Assembly: GCA_963765815.1 (NCBI GenBank)
Contig: CAVXXT010000008.1
Coordinates: forward strand, 370,666 to 434,665
Reading direction: 5' to 3'
Source of the DNA: an uncultured Actinomycetota bacterium
GTDB taxonomy: Bacteria; Actinomycetota; Actinomycetes; BP-191
DNA: 64,000 nt
Below, piece after piece: positions 48,483 to 58,225 of this stretch. Below the pieces are notes generated by a model. The model was not told the origin of the DNA, did no database searches, and was given only the letters and a program-made list of their open reading frames with translations. The position numbers and the translations under genes are program-made. How positions within the stretch are numbered: the stretch's first letter is position 1; each line of letters begins with the position of its first letter.

Positions 48483-50033
48483 ATGGATGAGTTCTGGCAC
48501 GACTGGGCGCTGACGCTGTCGGTGCTCGTGCCGCTGCTTGGCGCGATCGTCATCGCGGTCACCCCTGCGGCGCAGGAGCGTGCCGCGAAGGGCCTTGCCG
48601 TCGCCTTCTCGCTCGCGACGTTCCTGGTCACCCTCGGCATCCTCGTGGGCTACGACTACGACTTCGCGTCGAAGAGCAGCGACTACCAGTACGAAGTCGA
48701 CTACCAGTGGATCGACGCGATCAACTCGCGCTTTCACCTCGGCATCGACGGGATCTCGCTGCCGCTGGTCGTCCTGAGCGCGCTGCTCACGTTCCTGTGC
48801 GCGATCTACTCGCTGAAGACCATCCCGAACCCCGGCAAGCCTCGGGCGCTGCTCAGCCTGATGATGCTGCTCGAGGTCGGCATGATCGGCGCCTTCGTGT
48901 CGCTCGACCTGCTGCTGTTCTTCGTGTTCTTCGAGGTCGTCCTCGTCCCGATGTTCTTCATGATCGCGATCTGGGGCGGTCCCAACCGCGCCTACGCCAG
49001 CATCAAGTTCTTCCTGTTCACGCTGTTCGGCTCGGCGTTCCTGCTGCTGTCGTTCCTCGCCCTCTACTTCAAGGCGCCGGCCGGCCAGGAGACGTTCGAC
49101 ATGGTCGAGCTGGCGCGCATGGGCGGGGCTGGCGCCTTCGCGGGTGACTTCGGCCTGATCTGCTTCGCCGGGCTGTTCCTGGGCTTCGCGGTCAAGGTGC
49201 CGATGTGGCCGCTGCACACCTGGCTGCCGGACGCGCACACCGAGGCGCCGACCATCGGGTCGGTCCTGCTGGCCGGCATCCTGCTGAAGTTCGGGACCTA
49301 TGGCTTCGTGCGGATCGCGCTGCCGATCCTGCCCGAGGCGGCACACGACTACGCGCCGTGGATCGCGGTGCTGGCCGCGATCGCGATCGTCTACGGATCG
49401 CTCTGCTGCCTGGCCCAGAAGGAGATGAAGCGGATGATCGCCTTCTCCTCCGTCGGGCACATGGGCTTCGTGATGCTCGGCATCGCGACGATGACCCCCA
49501 CCGGCATCAACGCGGCGCTGTTCGGCAACATCAGCCACGGGGTCGTGACGGGCATGCTGTTCTTCATCGTCGGCTCGGTGAAGGACCGCTACCACACCGG
49601 TGACATCGCCGAGATCGGCGGCGGCATGCTGGTGAAGATGCCCTACCTCGCCTCGCTGCTGACGTTCACCGCCATCGCCTCGCTGGGCCTGCCCGGGCTC
49701 GCCGGCTTCTGGGGAGAGGTGTTCTCGCTGCTCGCCGCGTTCGAGCCGGCCGCGGGCCTCAACGTCGCGCTCTTCCGCACGGTCATGGTGTTCGGCGCCA
49801 TCGGCACCGTGCTGACCGCGGGCTACTTCCTCTGGCTGCTCCAGCGGGTCAACCTCGGCGTCGTCCCGGATCGCTGGCGCACCGAGCGGTTCAGCGACGT
49901 GATGGGCATCGAGCTCGCGGCGTGGACGCCGCTGCTGGTGCTGATCCTCGCGCTCGGCGTGTACCCGAAGTTCATCTTCGGCATCACCGACGGCGCGGTG
50001 CAGCACCTGATGACCTCGATCGGCGTCGGGTAG
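48483..50033 (+). CDS. nuoM: Second-cluster NuoM paralogue
   Basis: Start at ATG 48483 (MDEFWHDW...). FFEVVLVPMFFMIAIWGG, KVPMWPLHTWLPDAHTEAPTIGSVLLAGILLKFG. Confidence 0.9.
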   Translation: MDEFWHDWALTLSVLVPLLGAIVIAVTPAAQERAAKGLAVAFSLATFLVTLGILVGYDYDFASKSSDYQYEVDYQWIDAINSRFHLGIDGISLPLVVLSALLTFLCAIYSLKTIPNPGKPRALLSLMMLLEVGMIGAFVSLDLLLFFVFFEVVLVPMFFMIAIWGGPNRAYASIKFFLFTLFGSAFLLLSFLALYFKAPAGQETFDMVELARMGGAGAFAGDFGLICFAGLFLGFAVKVPMWPLHTWLPDAHTEAPTIGSVLLAGILLKFGTYGFVRIALPILPEAAHDYAPWIAVLAAIAIVYGSLCCLAQKEMKRMIAFSSVGHMGFVMLGIATMTPTGINAALFGNISHGVVTGMLFFIVGSVKDRYHTGDIAEIGGGMLVKMPYLASLLTFTAIASLGLPGLAGFWGEVFSLLAAFEPAAGLNVALFRTVMVFGAIGTVLTAGYFLWLLQRVNLGVVPDRWRTERFSDVMGIELAAWTPLLVLILALGVYPKFIFGITDGAVQHLMTSIGVG

Positions 50034-50037
50034 CCCG

Positions 50038-51528
50038 ATGCTGCAGACCATCGACTACCACGCGATCGCTCCGGAGCTCGTGCTGCTCGGCACGGCCATG
50101 GTGGTGCTGATAGTCGACCTCTTCCTGGCTCCCGAGCGGCGCTGGCTGGCGATGCCGATCTCGTTCGTCGGCGTGCTCGGGTCGCTCGCTGCGGTGATCA
50201 CGATGACCGACGGGCGGGTGCGCGGGACCTTCTGCCTGGACGACGGCAGCTGCTCGTTCGTGGTCGACAACTACGCCGTGCTGTTCAAGGTGATCTTCCT
50301 CGGCGCGGCGCTTGTCGTGCTGCTGCTCTCCCTCAACTACTTCGAGGAGGGTCGCTACTACCAGGGCGAGTACTACTTCCTGCTGCTGTGCTCGTTCTTC
50401 GGCATGCTGCTGATCGCCTCGAGCCGTGACCTGATCATGCTGTTCATCTCCCTCGAGCTGGTCTCGGTGCCCGCCTTCGTCATCGCCGGATTCCGCAAGA
50501 CGGACAGCCGCTCGGCGGAGTCGGCGATCAAGTTCTTCCTGATCGGCGTCCTCGCCACCGCCGTGATGCTCTTCGGCATGAGCCTCGTCTACGGGCTCAC
50601 CGGCTCTCTTCAGCTCGTCACGATCGGCGAGCGCTTCGGCGACGTCGGGCGCACCCCGGCCGGCGCCGCCGCGGTCGGCCTGGTCATCGTCGGCTTCGCC
50701 TTCAAGGTCTCCGCCGCGCCGTTCCACTTCTGGGCCCCGGACACCTACCAGGGTGCGCCGGTGCCGGTCGCCGCGTTCCTCTCGGTCGCCTCGAAGGCGG
50801 CCGGCTTCACCGGGCTGCTGACCGTCTGCTACGTCGGCTTCCCGGCCTACAGCGACGTGTGGGCGCCGCTGCTCGCGATTCTCGCCGCGATCACGATGAC
50901 GCTCGGCAACCTGGTCGCCATCCAGCAGCGGCACATGGTGCGTCTGCTCGCCTACTCGTCGATCGGGCAGGCCGGCTACATCCTGGTGCCGCTCGGCGTC
51001 GCCGCCTCGGCCGGGCCGGCGGCGATGCGCACGGCGTTCGCCGCGACGCTCTCCTACATCGCGATCTACGCCGTGATGAACCTCGGCGTGTTCGCCTGCG
51101 TGACCGCGGTGGCCCGCCGTACGCCGCGGAACATGATCGCCGACTACCGCGGGCTGGTCCGCAGCTCGCCGCTGCTGGCGGTGACGTTCGCGTTCTTCCT
51201 CTTCTGCCTGGCCGGTGCACCGCCCGGCCTGGCTGGTCTCTTCGCCAAGATCCAGGTGTTCCGCGCGACGATCGACGGCGACATCGTCTGGCTGGGCGTC
51301 GTCATGGCGGTCAACACGGTCTTCGCCATGTACTACTACCTCCGCGTCGCGTTCAGCCTCTTCGCCGGTGCGGGCGAGCCGGTGGGGGAGTCCCCGCTCG
51401 AGCCGGTCAGCGTCCCTGCGCCGATCCTGGCCGCGATCGCGATCACCGCACTCGCCGCGATCGCGATCGGCTTCTACCCCGACATCGTGCTGCACTTCAC
51501 CCCGCTGTCGGTGCTCGCCGCCCCCTGA
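50038..51528 (+). CDS. nuoN: Second-cluster NuoN paralogue
   Basis: LELVSVPAFVIAGF, KVSAAPFHFWAPDTYQGAPVPVAAFL. Confidence 0.9.
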   Translation: MLQTIDYHAIAPELVLLGTAMVVLIVDLFLAPERRWLAMPISFVGVLGSLAAVITMTDGRVRGTFCLDDGSCSFVVDNYAVLFKVIFLGAALVVLLLSLNYFEEGRYYQGEYYFLLLCSFFGMLLIASSRDLIMLFISLELVSVPAFVIAGFRKTDSRSAESAIKFFLIGVLATAVMLFGMSLVYGLTGSLQLVTIGERFGDVGRTPAGAAAVGLVIVGFAFKVSAAPFHFWAPDTYQGAPVPVAAFLSVASKAAGFTGLLTVCYVGFPAYSDVWAPLLAILAAITMTLGNLVAIQQRHMVRLLAYSSIGQAGYILVPLGVAASAGPAAMRTAFAATLSYIAIYAVMNLGVFACVTAVARRTPRNMIADYRGLVRSSPLLAVTFAFFLFCLAGAPPGLAGLFAKIQVFRATIDGDIVWLGVVMAVNTVFAMYYYLRVAFSLFAGAGEPVGESPLEPVSVPAPILAAIAITALAAIAIGFYPDIVLHFTPLSVLAAP

Positions 51529-51618
51529 GCCCGACCTCGGGAACGGCAGCACCGCGTGCCGCGTTGACCAGTCGGGTCGCCCCGCACGGCCCGCCGGGTC
51601 CGAGGAGGGCCCACCCCG

Positions 51619-52494
51619 ATGGAGAACCACCACAACAACGGCCTCAAGACGGCGATGCTGCTCGGGCTGATGTCCGCGCTGATCCTGGTCGCCGGCGAGC
51701 TGATCGGCGGTCGCGGCGGTCTGCAGACCGCGCTCGTCATCGCGTTCGTGGTCAACGGGATCGGCTACTTCTTCAGCGACAAGATCGCGCTGCGCTCGAT
51801 GCGTGCCGTCCCCGTGAGCGAGGCCGAGGCGCCGGAGCTCTACGCGATCGTCGCCGAGCTGGCCCAGTCGCAGCGGATGCCGATGCCGCGGCTCTACGTC
51901 TCGCCCACCATGCAGCCGAACGCCTTCGCGACCGGCCGCAACCCACGCAACGCGGCCGTCTGCTGCACCCAGGGGATCCTGTCGTTGCTCGACGCCCGCG
52001 AGCTGCGTGGAGTGCTCGGCCACGAGCTGGCACATGTGTACAACCGGGACATCCTGATCAGCTCGGTCGCCGGCGCGCTGGCCACGGTGATCATGTTCCT
52101 GTCGCGGATGGCCTTCTTCGGCGCGATGTTCGGCGGCCGGTCCGACGACGACGAGGGCGGCGGCGCCTTCGGCGCGATCCTGCTGATGATCCTCGGGCCG
52201 ATGGCGGCCGGCATGGTCCAGATGGCGATCTCCCGCCGGCGCGAGTTCGCCGCCGACGCGACGGGCGCCCGAGTGACCGGGGACCCCCTCGCCCTGGCCA
52301 GCGCGCTGCGCAAGCTGCACGCCGGCACGCAGGCGATGCCCCTGCCTCAGGAGCAGTCGCTGATCGCGACCAGCCACCTGATGATCGCCAACCCGTTCCG
52401 CGGTGGTGGCATGGCGAGGATGTTCTCCACCCACCCGCCGATGGAGGAGCGCATCGCCGCCCTCGAAGCGATGTCCGGCACGCACCTCCCGTAG
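51619..52494 (+). CDS. htpX: Zinc metalloprotease HtpX
   Basis: GAGGAGGG SD. Four TMs. HELAHVYNRD zinc motif. C-terminal MFSTHPPMEERIAAL. Confidence 0.92.
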   Translation: MENHHNNGLKTAMLLGLMSALILVAGELIGGRGGLQTALVIAFVVNGIGYFFSDKIALRSMRAVPVSEAEAPELYAIVAELAQSQRMPMPRLYVSPTMQPNAFATGRNPRNAAVCCTQGILSLLDARELRGVLGHELAHVYNRDILISSVAGALATVIMFLSRMAFFGAMFGGRSDDDEGGGAFGAILLMILGPMAAGMVQMAISRRREFAADATGARVTGDPLALASALRKLHAGTQAMPLPQEQSLIATSHLMIANPFRGGGMARMFSTHPPMEERIAALEAMSGTHLP

Positions 52495-52593
52495 CCCGCC
52501 GGGCACGTGGTCAGGTGGTTCACCCCGAGCGCGGCCGGTGTGCGCCGACGTCAGGCGACCGCCGGGAGCCCGCTCATGCGCGTTCCTTATGCT

Positions 52594-53085
52594 CTACCGG
52601 TAGTTGGTGAACTGCAGCGGGATCCCGAAGTCGCTTGCCTTGAGCAGCGAGATCACGGCCTGCAGGTCGTCCTTCTTCTTGCCGGTGACGCGCAGCTGGT
52701 CGCCCTGGATCGAGGCCTGGATGCCCTTGGGCCCCTCGGCCTTGATCTTCTTGGCGATCGCCTTGGCCTTGTCATCGGCGATGCCCTGGTTGATCTCGAC
52801 GGTCAGCTTGACCGTGCTCCCGCCGGCCGGCTGCGGGTCGCCGTGCTGGAGGCACTTGAGCGACACATCCCGCTTGATCAGCTTCTCCTTGAAGACCTCT
52901 AGCACCGCCTTGGCCCGCTCGTCGGCGTTGCTCTTGATCTCGACCTTCTCCCCGGCCCACTCGATGGCTGATCCGGTGTCCTTGAAGTCGTACCGCGTGC
53001 CGATCTCCTTCGCCGCCTGGTTCAGCGCGTTGTCGACCTCCTGGCGGTCGACCTTGCTCACGATGTCGAAGGACGGGTCTGCCAT
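52594..53085 (-). CDS. yajQ: YajQ-family (UPF0234) nucleotide / c-di-GMP-binding protein
   Basis: [37 protein letters not shown]...[22 protein letters not shown]. 163 aa, typical family length. Confidence 0.88.
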   Translation of the reverse strand: MADPSFDIVSKVDRQEVDNALNQAAKEIGTRYDFKDTGSAIEWAGEKVEIKSNADERAKAVLEVFKEKLIKRDVSLKCLQHGDPQPAGGSTVKLTVEINQGIADDKAKAIAKKIKAEGPKGIQASIQGDQLRVTGKKKDDLQAVISLLKASDFGIPLQFTNYR

Positions 53086-53154
53086 ACCTGGTGAGCTCCT
53101 CCGCTAGCGATCCGTTATCCTGCTCCCCGTTCGTCGGTCACCCGGCGAGTGTCC

Positions 53155-53239
<85 letters not shown>

Positions 53240-53342
53240 CCTCCGCACGGCAGGACTCCGGCATCCCCGGGGCCTGCCGTGCGGCGGTTACGGCGCCGAC
53301 GGAAGGCTGGACCGGGTAGGGACTGTCGTGTAGGACTGGTGT

Positions 53343-55880
53343 GTGCCGGTCGGTGAGCGTCGAGCAGTTCTCGACATCAGCGCAGTCCTCGGGCTGACCG
53401 CGCTCGGCGTCTACGGCGCCGGCGTGGTGGGGCTCGAACCGCTGCCGTCCCCGGTCTCGGTGCCCTGGTGGGTGCTCGCGCTGCTGTTCGCGGCGACCGA
53501 CGCCGCCGCCGTGCACATCGAGGTGCGCCGCGAGGCGCGGACCATCTCGCTGTCCGAGGTCTTCCTCGTCCTCGGGCTCTTCGTCGCCGACCCGGTCCTG
53601 GTCGTCCCCGCGCGCGTGCTGGGTGCGCTGGTGCCGGCGGTCCTGCGTCGGCGGCCGCTGTCCAGCCTGGCGCTCGAGCTGTCTCAGGCGGCGCTGTCGG
53701 CGGGCGTGGCCGTCGTCATGTTCCGCGCCGTCGGGGGCGGCGTAGCGACCGGTCCCCGCGCGTGGGTCGCCGGGGTCGCGGCCGCGTGCGCCGCCGAGCT
53801 GCTCGCCGGCCTGGTGGCGGTCACCACCCGTTTCGACGACGACGAGCAGCCCTGGTGGGTCAACTGGCTGGCGGCCGTCGGCGTGACGCTGACGATCGCG
53901 ACGTTCGAGGGCACGATCGCGCTGGTGTCGGTCGTGACGCTGCAGGCCGACGAGCGGGCTGCGTGGCTGCTCGCCCTGATCGCCGCGGTCATCCTGCTCG
54001 CCTATCGCGGCTACGGGGGGCTGGGGGAGCGGCACGCCAACCTGGAGCGGCTCTACACGTTCAGCCGCGCCGTGGAGGACATCCGCGACGCGAGCGACGC
54101 GACGCAGGCGCTGCTGCTGCACACGCGCGACCTGCTCCGAGCCGCCGGGGCGGAGGTCGCGCTTCGCGACGAGTCCGGCGACGGCAGCTTCCTGCGGGTC
54201 TGGCTCGACGACGACGGCTCGATCAGCAGCTACTACGTCGATGCCGCGGAGGCCGAGGAGTGGCCGTGGCCGGACGTGTGTGCGAGCGGGGAGTCGCGGC
54301 TGGTGCCGCACGGCACCCGTGACCCCGCGGCCCGGGCGCTGCTGACGCGATACGAGGCCCGCGAGCTCTTGATCGCCCCGCTGCTGCGCGACGGCAGCAT
54401 CGCCGGGACGATCGCGGTGACCAGCCGGCGCACCGACCTGCGCACCTTCGGTCGCGAGGACAAGCGCTTCTTCGAGGCGCTCGCGACCCACGCGAGCGTC
54501 GCCCTCGAGAACGAGCGGCTGATCACCCGGCTGCGCCAGGAGGCGATGCAGGACACGCTGACGGGATTGGGCAACCGCACCTACTTCAGGCGGCGCGTGG
54601 CCGACGCGATCGCCGTCGCCAAGGGCCGCGAGCAGCAGCTGGCCGTGATGATCATGGATCTGGACCGGTTCAAGGAGGTCAACGACACCCTGGGCCACCA
54701 CAACGGCGACGTCCTCCTCCAGGAGATCGGCCTACGGCTCACCTCGACGCTCGGTGCGCGGGTGACCATCGCCCGACTCGGCGGCGACGAGTTCGCGCTC
54801 CTCGCGCCGTTCGTGCTCGACGACCTCGATGCGGTGCAGACCGCGAGCCTCGTCCAGGGCGCTCTCGAGCGGCCGTTCGTCATCGACGACCTCAACCTCG
54901 ACGTCTCCGGCAGCGTCGGCGTCGCGATCTACCCGCAGCACGGCGTGGATCCAGAGGCGCTGCTGCAGCGGGCCGACGTCGCGATGTACGCCGCCAAGGC
55001 CGGGACGCGGTCGATCGAGGTCTACGCCAGCGAGCGCGACCAGTACAGCCCGCGCCGGCTCGCGCTGATCGGGGAGCTGCGGCGGGCCATCGAGAGCGAC
55101 GAGCTCATGCTGCACTTCCAGCCGAAGGCGGTGCTGCGCACCGGCGAGGTCATCGGCGTCGAGGCTCTGCTGCGCTGGCAGCACCCGCAGCACGGCCTGC
55201 TCTCGCCGGACGAGTTCGTGCCGCTCGCCGAGCACACCGGGCTGATCCGCGGCCTCACCCAGTGGGTCCTCCGCTCCGCGCTCCAGCAGTGCGCCGCGTG
55301 GCAGCACGCCGGGCTCGACCTGACCGTCGCGGTCAACATCTCGGTCCGCAACCTGCTCGACCCCGACCTGCCGGACGACATCGCGCGTCTGCTCGACCGG
55401 ACCGGGGTCCCGGCCGGGATGCTGGTGCTGGAGATCACCGAGAGCAGCGTCATGGCCGATCCGGCCCGCACGATCGGCGTGCTGCAGCGGCTGGCCGGGA
55501 TGGGCGTCGGCGTCTCCGTCGACGACTTCGGCACCGGCTACTCGTCGCTGTCCTACCTCAGCCGGCTGCCGGTGGACGAGATCAAGATCGACAAGTCCTT
55601 CGTGCAGGGCATGCTGCGCGACCGCAACGACTCGGTCATCGTCGAGACGATCGTCGACCTCGGGGCGAGCCTCGGGCTGCGGGTCGTTGCCGAGGGCGTC
55701 GAGGACGAGGCGACCTGGGACCGGCTGGCCGGGCTCGGATGCGCGGTGGCGCAGGGCTACTTCCTCAGCCGTCCGGTCGCGGCCGCGGCCCTCACCCGGT
55801 GGCTGGGCGAGCGTCCCCCGCCCACCGGCAGCGGCAGCGAAGGTGACACCGGCCCCCGCCGCATCCGCCGGGTCGTGTGA
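53343..55880 (+). CDS. Membrane-anchored GAF-GGDEF-EAL signalling protein (diguanylate cyclase / c-di-GMP phosphodiesterase)
   Basis: N-terminal multi-TM region and a GAF-like segment. GLGNRTYFRRR...RLGGDEFALL (GGDEF). VEALLRWQHP...EITES...DDFGTGYSSLSYL (EAL domain). Confidence 0.9.
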   Translation: MPVGERRAVLDISAVLGLTALGVYGAGVVGLEPLPSPVSVPWWVLALLFAATDAAAVHIEVRREARTISLSEVFLVLGLFVADPVLVVPARVLGALVPAVLRRRPLSSLALELSQAALSAGVAVVMFRAVGGGVATGPRAWVAGVAAACAAELLAGLVAVTTRFDDDEQPWWVNWLAAVGVTLTIATFEGTIALVSVVTLQADERAAWLLALIAAVILLAYRGYGGLGERHANLERLYTFSRAVEDIRDASDATQALLLHTRDLLRAAGAEVALRDESGDGSFLRVWLDDDGSISSYYVDAAEAEEWPWPDVCASGESRLVPHGTRDPAARALLTRYEARELLIAPLLRDGSIAGTIAVTSRRTDLRTFGREDKRFFEALATHASVALENERLITRLRQEAMQDTLTGLGNRTYFRRRVADAIAVAKGREQQLAVMIMDLDRFKEVNDTLGHHNGDVLLQEIGLRLTSTLGARVTIARLGGDEFALLAPFVLDDLDAVQTASLVQGALERPFVIDDLNLDVSGSVGVAIYPQHGVDPEALLQRADVAMYAAKAGTRSIEVYASERDQYSPRRLALIGELRRAIESDELMLHFQPKAVLRTGEVIGVEALLRWQHPQHGLLSPDEFVPLAEHTGLIRGLTQWVLRSALQQCAAWQHAGLDLTVAVNISVRNLLDPDLPDDIARLLDRTGVPAGMLVLEITESSVMADPARTIGVLQRLAGMGVGVSVDDFGTGYSSLSYLSRLPVDEIKIDKSFVQGMLRDRNDSVIVETIVDLGASLGLRVVAEGVEDEATWDRLAGLGCAVAQGYFLSRPVAAAALTRWLGERPPPTGSGSEGDTGPRRIRRVV

Positions 55881-55937
55881 CTCCAGAACGCTTTTGGCAC
55901 GGCCGCTAGTTGTCGTCTACCCTCACCGAGCGGTGCC

Positions 55938-56010
55938 GCCCCCTTAGCTCAGTCGGCAGAGCGTCTCCATGGTAAGGAGAAGGTCTACGGTTCGATTCCG
56001 TAAGGGGGCT
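55938..56010 (+). tRNA. thrT: tRNA-Thr (GGU)
   Basis: Acceptor GCCCCCT/AGGGGGC. Anticodon loop AUGGUAA. TTCGATT T-loop. 73 nt. Confidence 0.88.
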
Positions 56011-56035
56011 CTCTCCGGCCGAACGTGGCCGGCTC

Positions 56036-56109
56036 GGCGGTGTAGCTCAGCCTGGTAGAGCAAGCGGCTCATAATCGCTGTGTCGCCGGTTCAAGTCCGG
56101 CCACCGCTA
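56036..56109 (+). tRNA. metT: Elongator tRNA-Met (CAU)
   Basis: Acceptor GGCGGTG/CACCGCT (G1-U72). Anticodon loop CUCAUAA. No GGG/CCC anticodon stem, so not an initiator. A lysidine tRNA-Ile2 cannot be excluded from sequence alone. The thrT-metT-rpmG order matches mycobacterial synteny as I recall it. Confidence 0.8.
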
Positions 56110-56217
56110 CGCGCACGACCCCGGCGTACGCCGACCGGCTTCGACAGCGGTGCGGCCCGTCGGCTACCCTTCTAGGGTTGCTCTCCCGACCCCCGATGCC
56201 TGTGAGGACGCTCCGCC

Positions 56218-56382
56218 GTGGCCAAGAACGACGTACGCCCGAAGATCACTCTGGCCTGCACGGAGTGCAAGGAGCGCAACTACATCACCAAGAAGAACCG
56301 GCGCAACGACCCGGACCGCATGGAGCTGTCGAAGTTCTGCCCGCGCTGCCGCGCCCACCAGGCGCACCGCGAGACGCGCTAG
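56218..56382 (+). CDS. rpmG: 50S ribosomal protein L33 (zinc-ribbon C+ form)
   Basis: Below the track size cut-off. GAGGA SD, GTG start. [54 protein letters not shown] (CxxC...CxxC). Confidence 0.92.
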   Translation: MAKNDVRPKITLACTECKERNYITKKNRRNDPDRMELSKFCPRCRAHQAHRETR

Positions 56383-56401
56383 CAGCTCCGCTGTCGCATC
56401 A

Positions 56402-56427
56402 GGCCGGTCCCTCGCGGGGCCGGCCTT
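56402..56427 (+). terminator. Rho-independent terminator-like hairpin after rpmG
   Basis: GGCCGGTCCC-TCGC-GGGGCCGGCC: 10-bp stem (one G-U pair) followed by TT. Confidence 0.55.
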
Positions 56428-56506
56428 CGTGCGTCCGGGGCCGGTTTGCTCCGGCGCGAACCGCTCACTAGCGTCGCGGAACCGCATTCGGTGCAAGTGA
56501 GAGGGA

Positions 56507-57325
56507 GTGCTCGTGGGGCGTCTCGAGGACCGCGTGGCGATCGTGACCGGCGCCGGCCGGGGAATTGGCCGGGCGACGGCGCTGCGGCTGGCCGCTGACG
56601 GCGCGAAGGTCGTCGTCAACGACGTCGACAGCGAGCCCGCGCACGAGACCGCGGATCTGGTGAAGGCGGCCGGCGGCGAGGCGAGCGTCAGCCTCGCCAA
56701 CACCGTCGACCTCGCCGCCGCGAAGGAGATGGTCGAGGCGACCGTCAAGACCTTCGGCAAGCTGGACATCGTGGTCAACAACGCCGGCATCACCCGGGAC
56801 AAGACGTTCCACAACATGGACGACGAGATGTTCGACCTGGTCATCGACGTCAACCTGCGGACCGCGTTCCACACGACGCTCGCCGCGATGCCCTACCTGC
56901 GCGAGGTGGCGAAGGCCGAGCTGAAGGAGAAGGGTGCGGTCGCCTACCACCGCAAGATCACCTTCACGTCGTCGGTCGCCGCGCTCACCGGCAACCCCGG
57001 TCAGTACAACTACACGGCGGCGAAGGGCGCGATCATCTCGACGACGAAGACGCTCGCCCGCGAGCTCGGCCCGTTCCGCATCAACGTCAACGCGGTCGCG
57101 CCCGGATTCGTCGAGACGCGCCTCACCGCGGCGAAGACCGGCGACAGCGACCTCGGCGTGCCGGAGGCCCTGCGCAACATGGCGGTCGCCCTGATCTCGG
57201 TCGGCCGCGCCGGCCAGCCCGAGGACATCGCCAACGTGCACGCGTTCCTCGTCTCGCCGGACGCCGACTTCGTCTCCGGCGTCACGATCCCCGTGACGGG
57301 CGGCCAGTTCGGCGGGATGGGCTGA
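56507..57325 (+). CDS. Short-chain dehydrogenase/reductase (FabG-like 3-oxoacyl reductase)
   Basis: TGAGRGIG Rossmann motif, NNAG, YNYTAAKGA (YxxxK). Start is GTG 56507 or, with better SD spacing, GTG 56513. Confidence 0.85.
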   Translation: MLVGRLEDRVAIVTGAGRGIGRATALRLAADGAKVVVNDVDSEPAHETADLVKAAGGEASVSLANTVDLAAAKEMVEATVKTFGKLDIVVNNAGITRDKTFHNMDDEMFDLVIDVNLRTAFHTTLAAMPYLREVAKAELKEKGAVAYHRKITFTSSVAALTGNPGQYNYTAAKGAIISTTKTLARELGPFRINVNAVAPGFVETRLTAAKTGDSDLGVPEALRNMAVALISVGRAGQPEDIANVHAFLVSPDADFVSGVTIPVTGGQFGGMG

Positions 57326-57795
57326 TGCCGCTCAACCCGGCCTTCGTCGGCCGCTCCTTCCCGCCGTCGGAACCCTACGAGGTGGGCCGCGAGAAGATCC
57401 GCGAGTTCGCCGACGCGATCGGCGACCACCACCCGGCGTACCGCGACGCCGAGGCGGCCAAGGCGCTCGGCTACCGCGACGTCATCGCCCCACCCACCTT
57501 CCTGACGGTGATGGGCTTCCGCCGGCCCAACGGCGCGATCACCGACCCCGACCTCGGTGTCGACTACAGCAAGCTGGTCCACGGCGAGCAGCGGTTCACC
57601 CATCACCGTCCGGTGCACGCCGGCGACCGGCTGGTCAGCACCTCGACCATCACCGACATCCGCGTGGCCGGCCGCAACGAGCTGCTGACCGTCGCCAACG
57701 AGATCACGACCGTGGAGGGCGAGCAGGTCGCGACGGTCACGAGCGTCGTCGTCATCCGCGGCACCGCTCCGCAGCACGAGGGGGAGGGCACATGA
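57325..57795 (+). CDS. MaoC-like hotdog protein, N-terminal-type (HadA-like dehydratase subunit)
   Basis: ATGA overlap. Position after rpmG, as for hadA in mycobacteria. REFADAIGDHHPAYRD...APPTFL. Confidence 0.75.
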   Translation: MPLNPAFVGRSFPPSEPYEVGREKIREFADAIGDHHPAYRDAEAAKALGYRDVIAPPTFLTVMGFRRPNGAITDPDLGVDYSKLVHGEQRFTHHRPVHAGDRLVSTSTITDIRVAGRNELLTVANEITTVEGEQVATVTSVVVIRGTAPQHEGEGT

Positions 57796-58220
57796 GCACG
57801 CCGCTCGCCTACGCCGACGTCGAGGTCGGCGCCGAGCTGCCGTCGCAGACGATGACGGTGCAGCGCTGGAACCTGATCCAGTACGCCGGCGCCTCCGGCG
57901 ACTTCAACATCATCCACTGGAACGAGCGCATCGCGACGATGGTCGGCCTGCCCAACGTCATCGCGCACGGCATGTACACGATGGCGGTCGCGGCCAGGGT
58001 CGTGACCGACTGGACCGGCGACCCGGGCGCGCTCGTCGACTACCAGGTGCGGTTCTCACGCCCGGTCGTCGTCGCGGACGACGAGTTGGGCGCGTCGGTC
58101 GTCATCTCCGGCCGCGTCGAGGAGAAGCTCGACGGCGGTCTCGTCGTCGTGGTGCTGACCGCCGAGTGCGACGGCACCGGTGTGCTGAGCGGAGCGCGGG
58201 CGACCGTCCGGCTGCGCTAG
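57792..58220 (+). CDS. MaoC-like (R)-specific hydratase/dehydratase (HadB-like catalytic subunit)
   Basis: ATGA overlap. YAGASGDFNIIHWNERIA (G-D-x-N-x-x-H hydratase motif), IAHGMYT. Confidence 0.8.
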   Translation: MSTPLAYADVEVGAELPSQTMTVQRWNLIQYAGASGDFNIIHWNERIATMVGLPNVIAHGMYTMAVAARVVTDWTGDPGALVDYQVRFSRPVVVADDELGASVVISGRVEEKLDGGLVVVVLTAECDGTGVLSGARATVRLR

Positions 58221-58225
58221 GAGCC

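Noticed and set aside
49984-52506. 840-aa minus-strand ORF antisense to nuoN2 and htpX
   Set aside because: Same reasoning: Arg/His/Asp-rich nonsense composition opposite well-supported genes.
56036-56109. tRNA with a CAU anticodon as initiator tRNA-fMet
   Set aside because: It has a G1-U72 pair rather than a C1xA72 mismatch, and it lacks the three consecutive G-C pairs in the anticodon stem. Called elongator Met; Ile2-lysidine identity remains possible.
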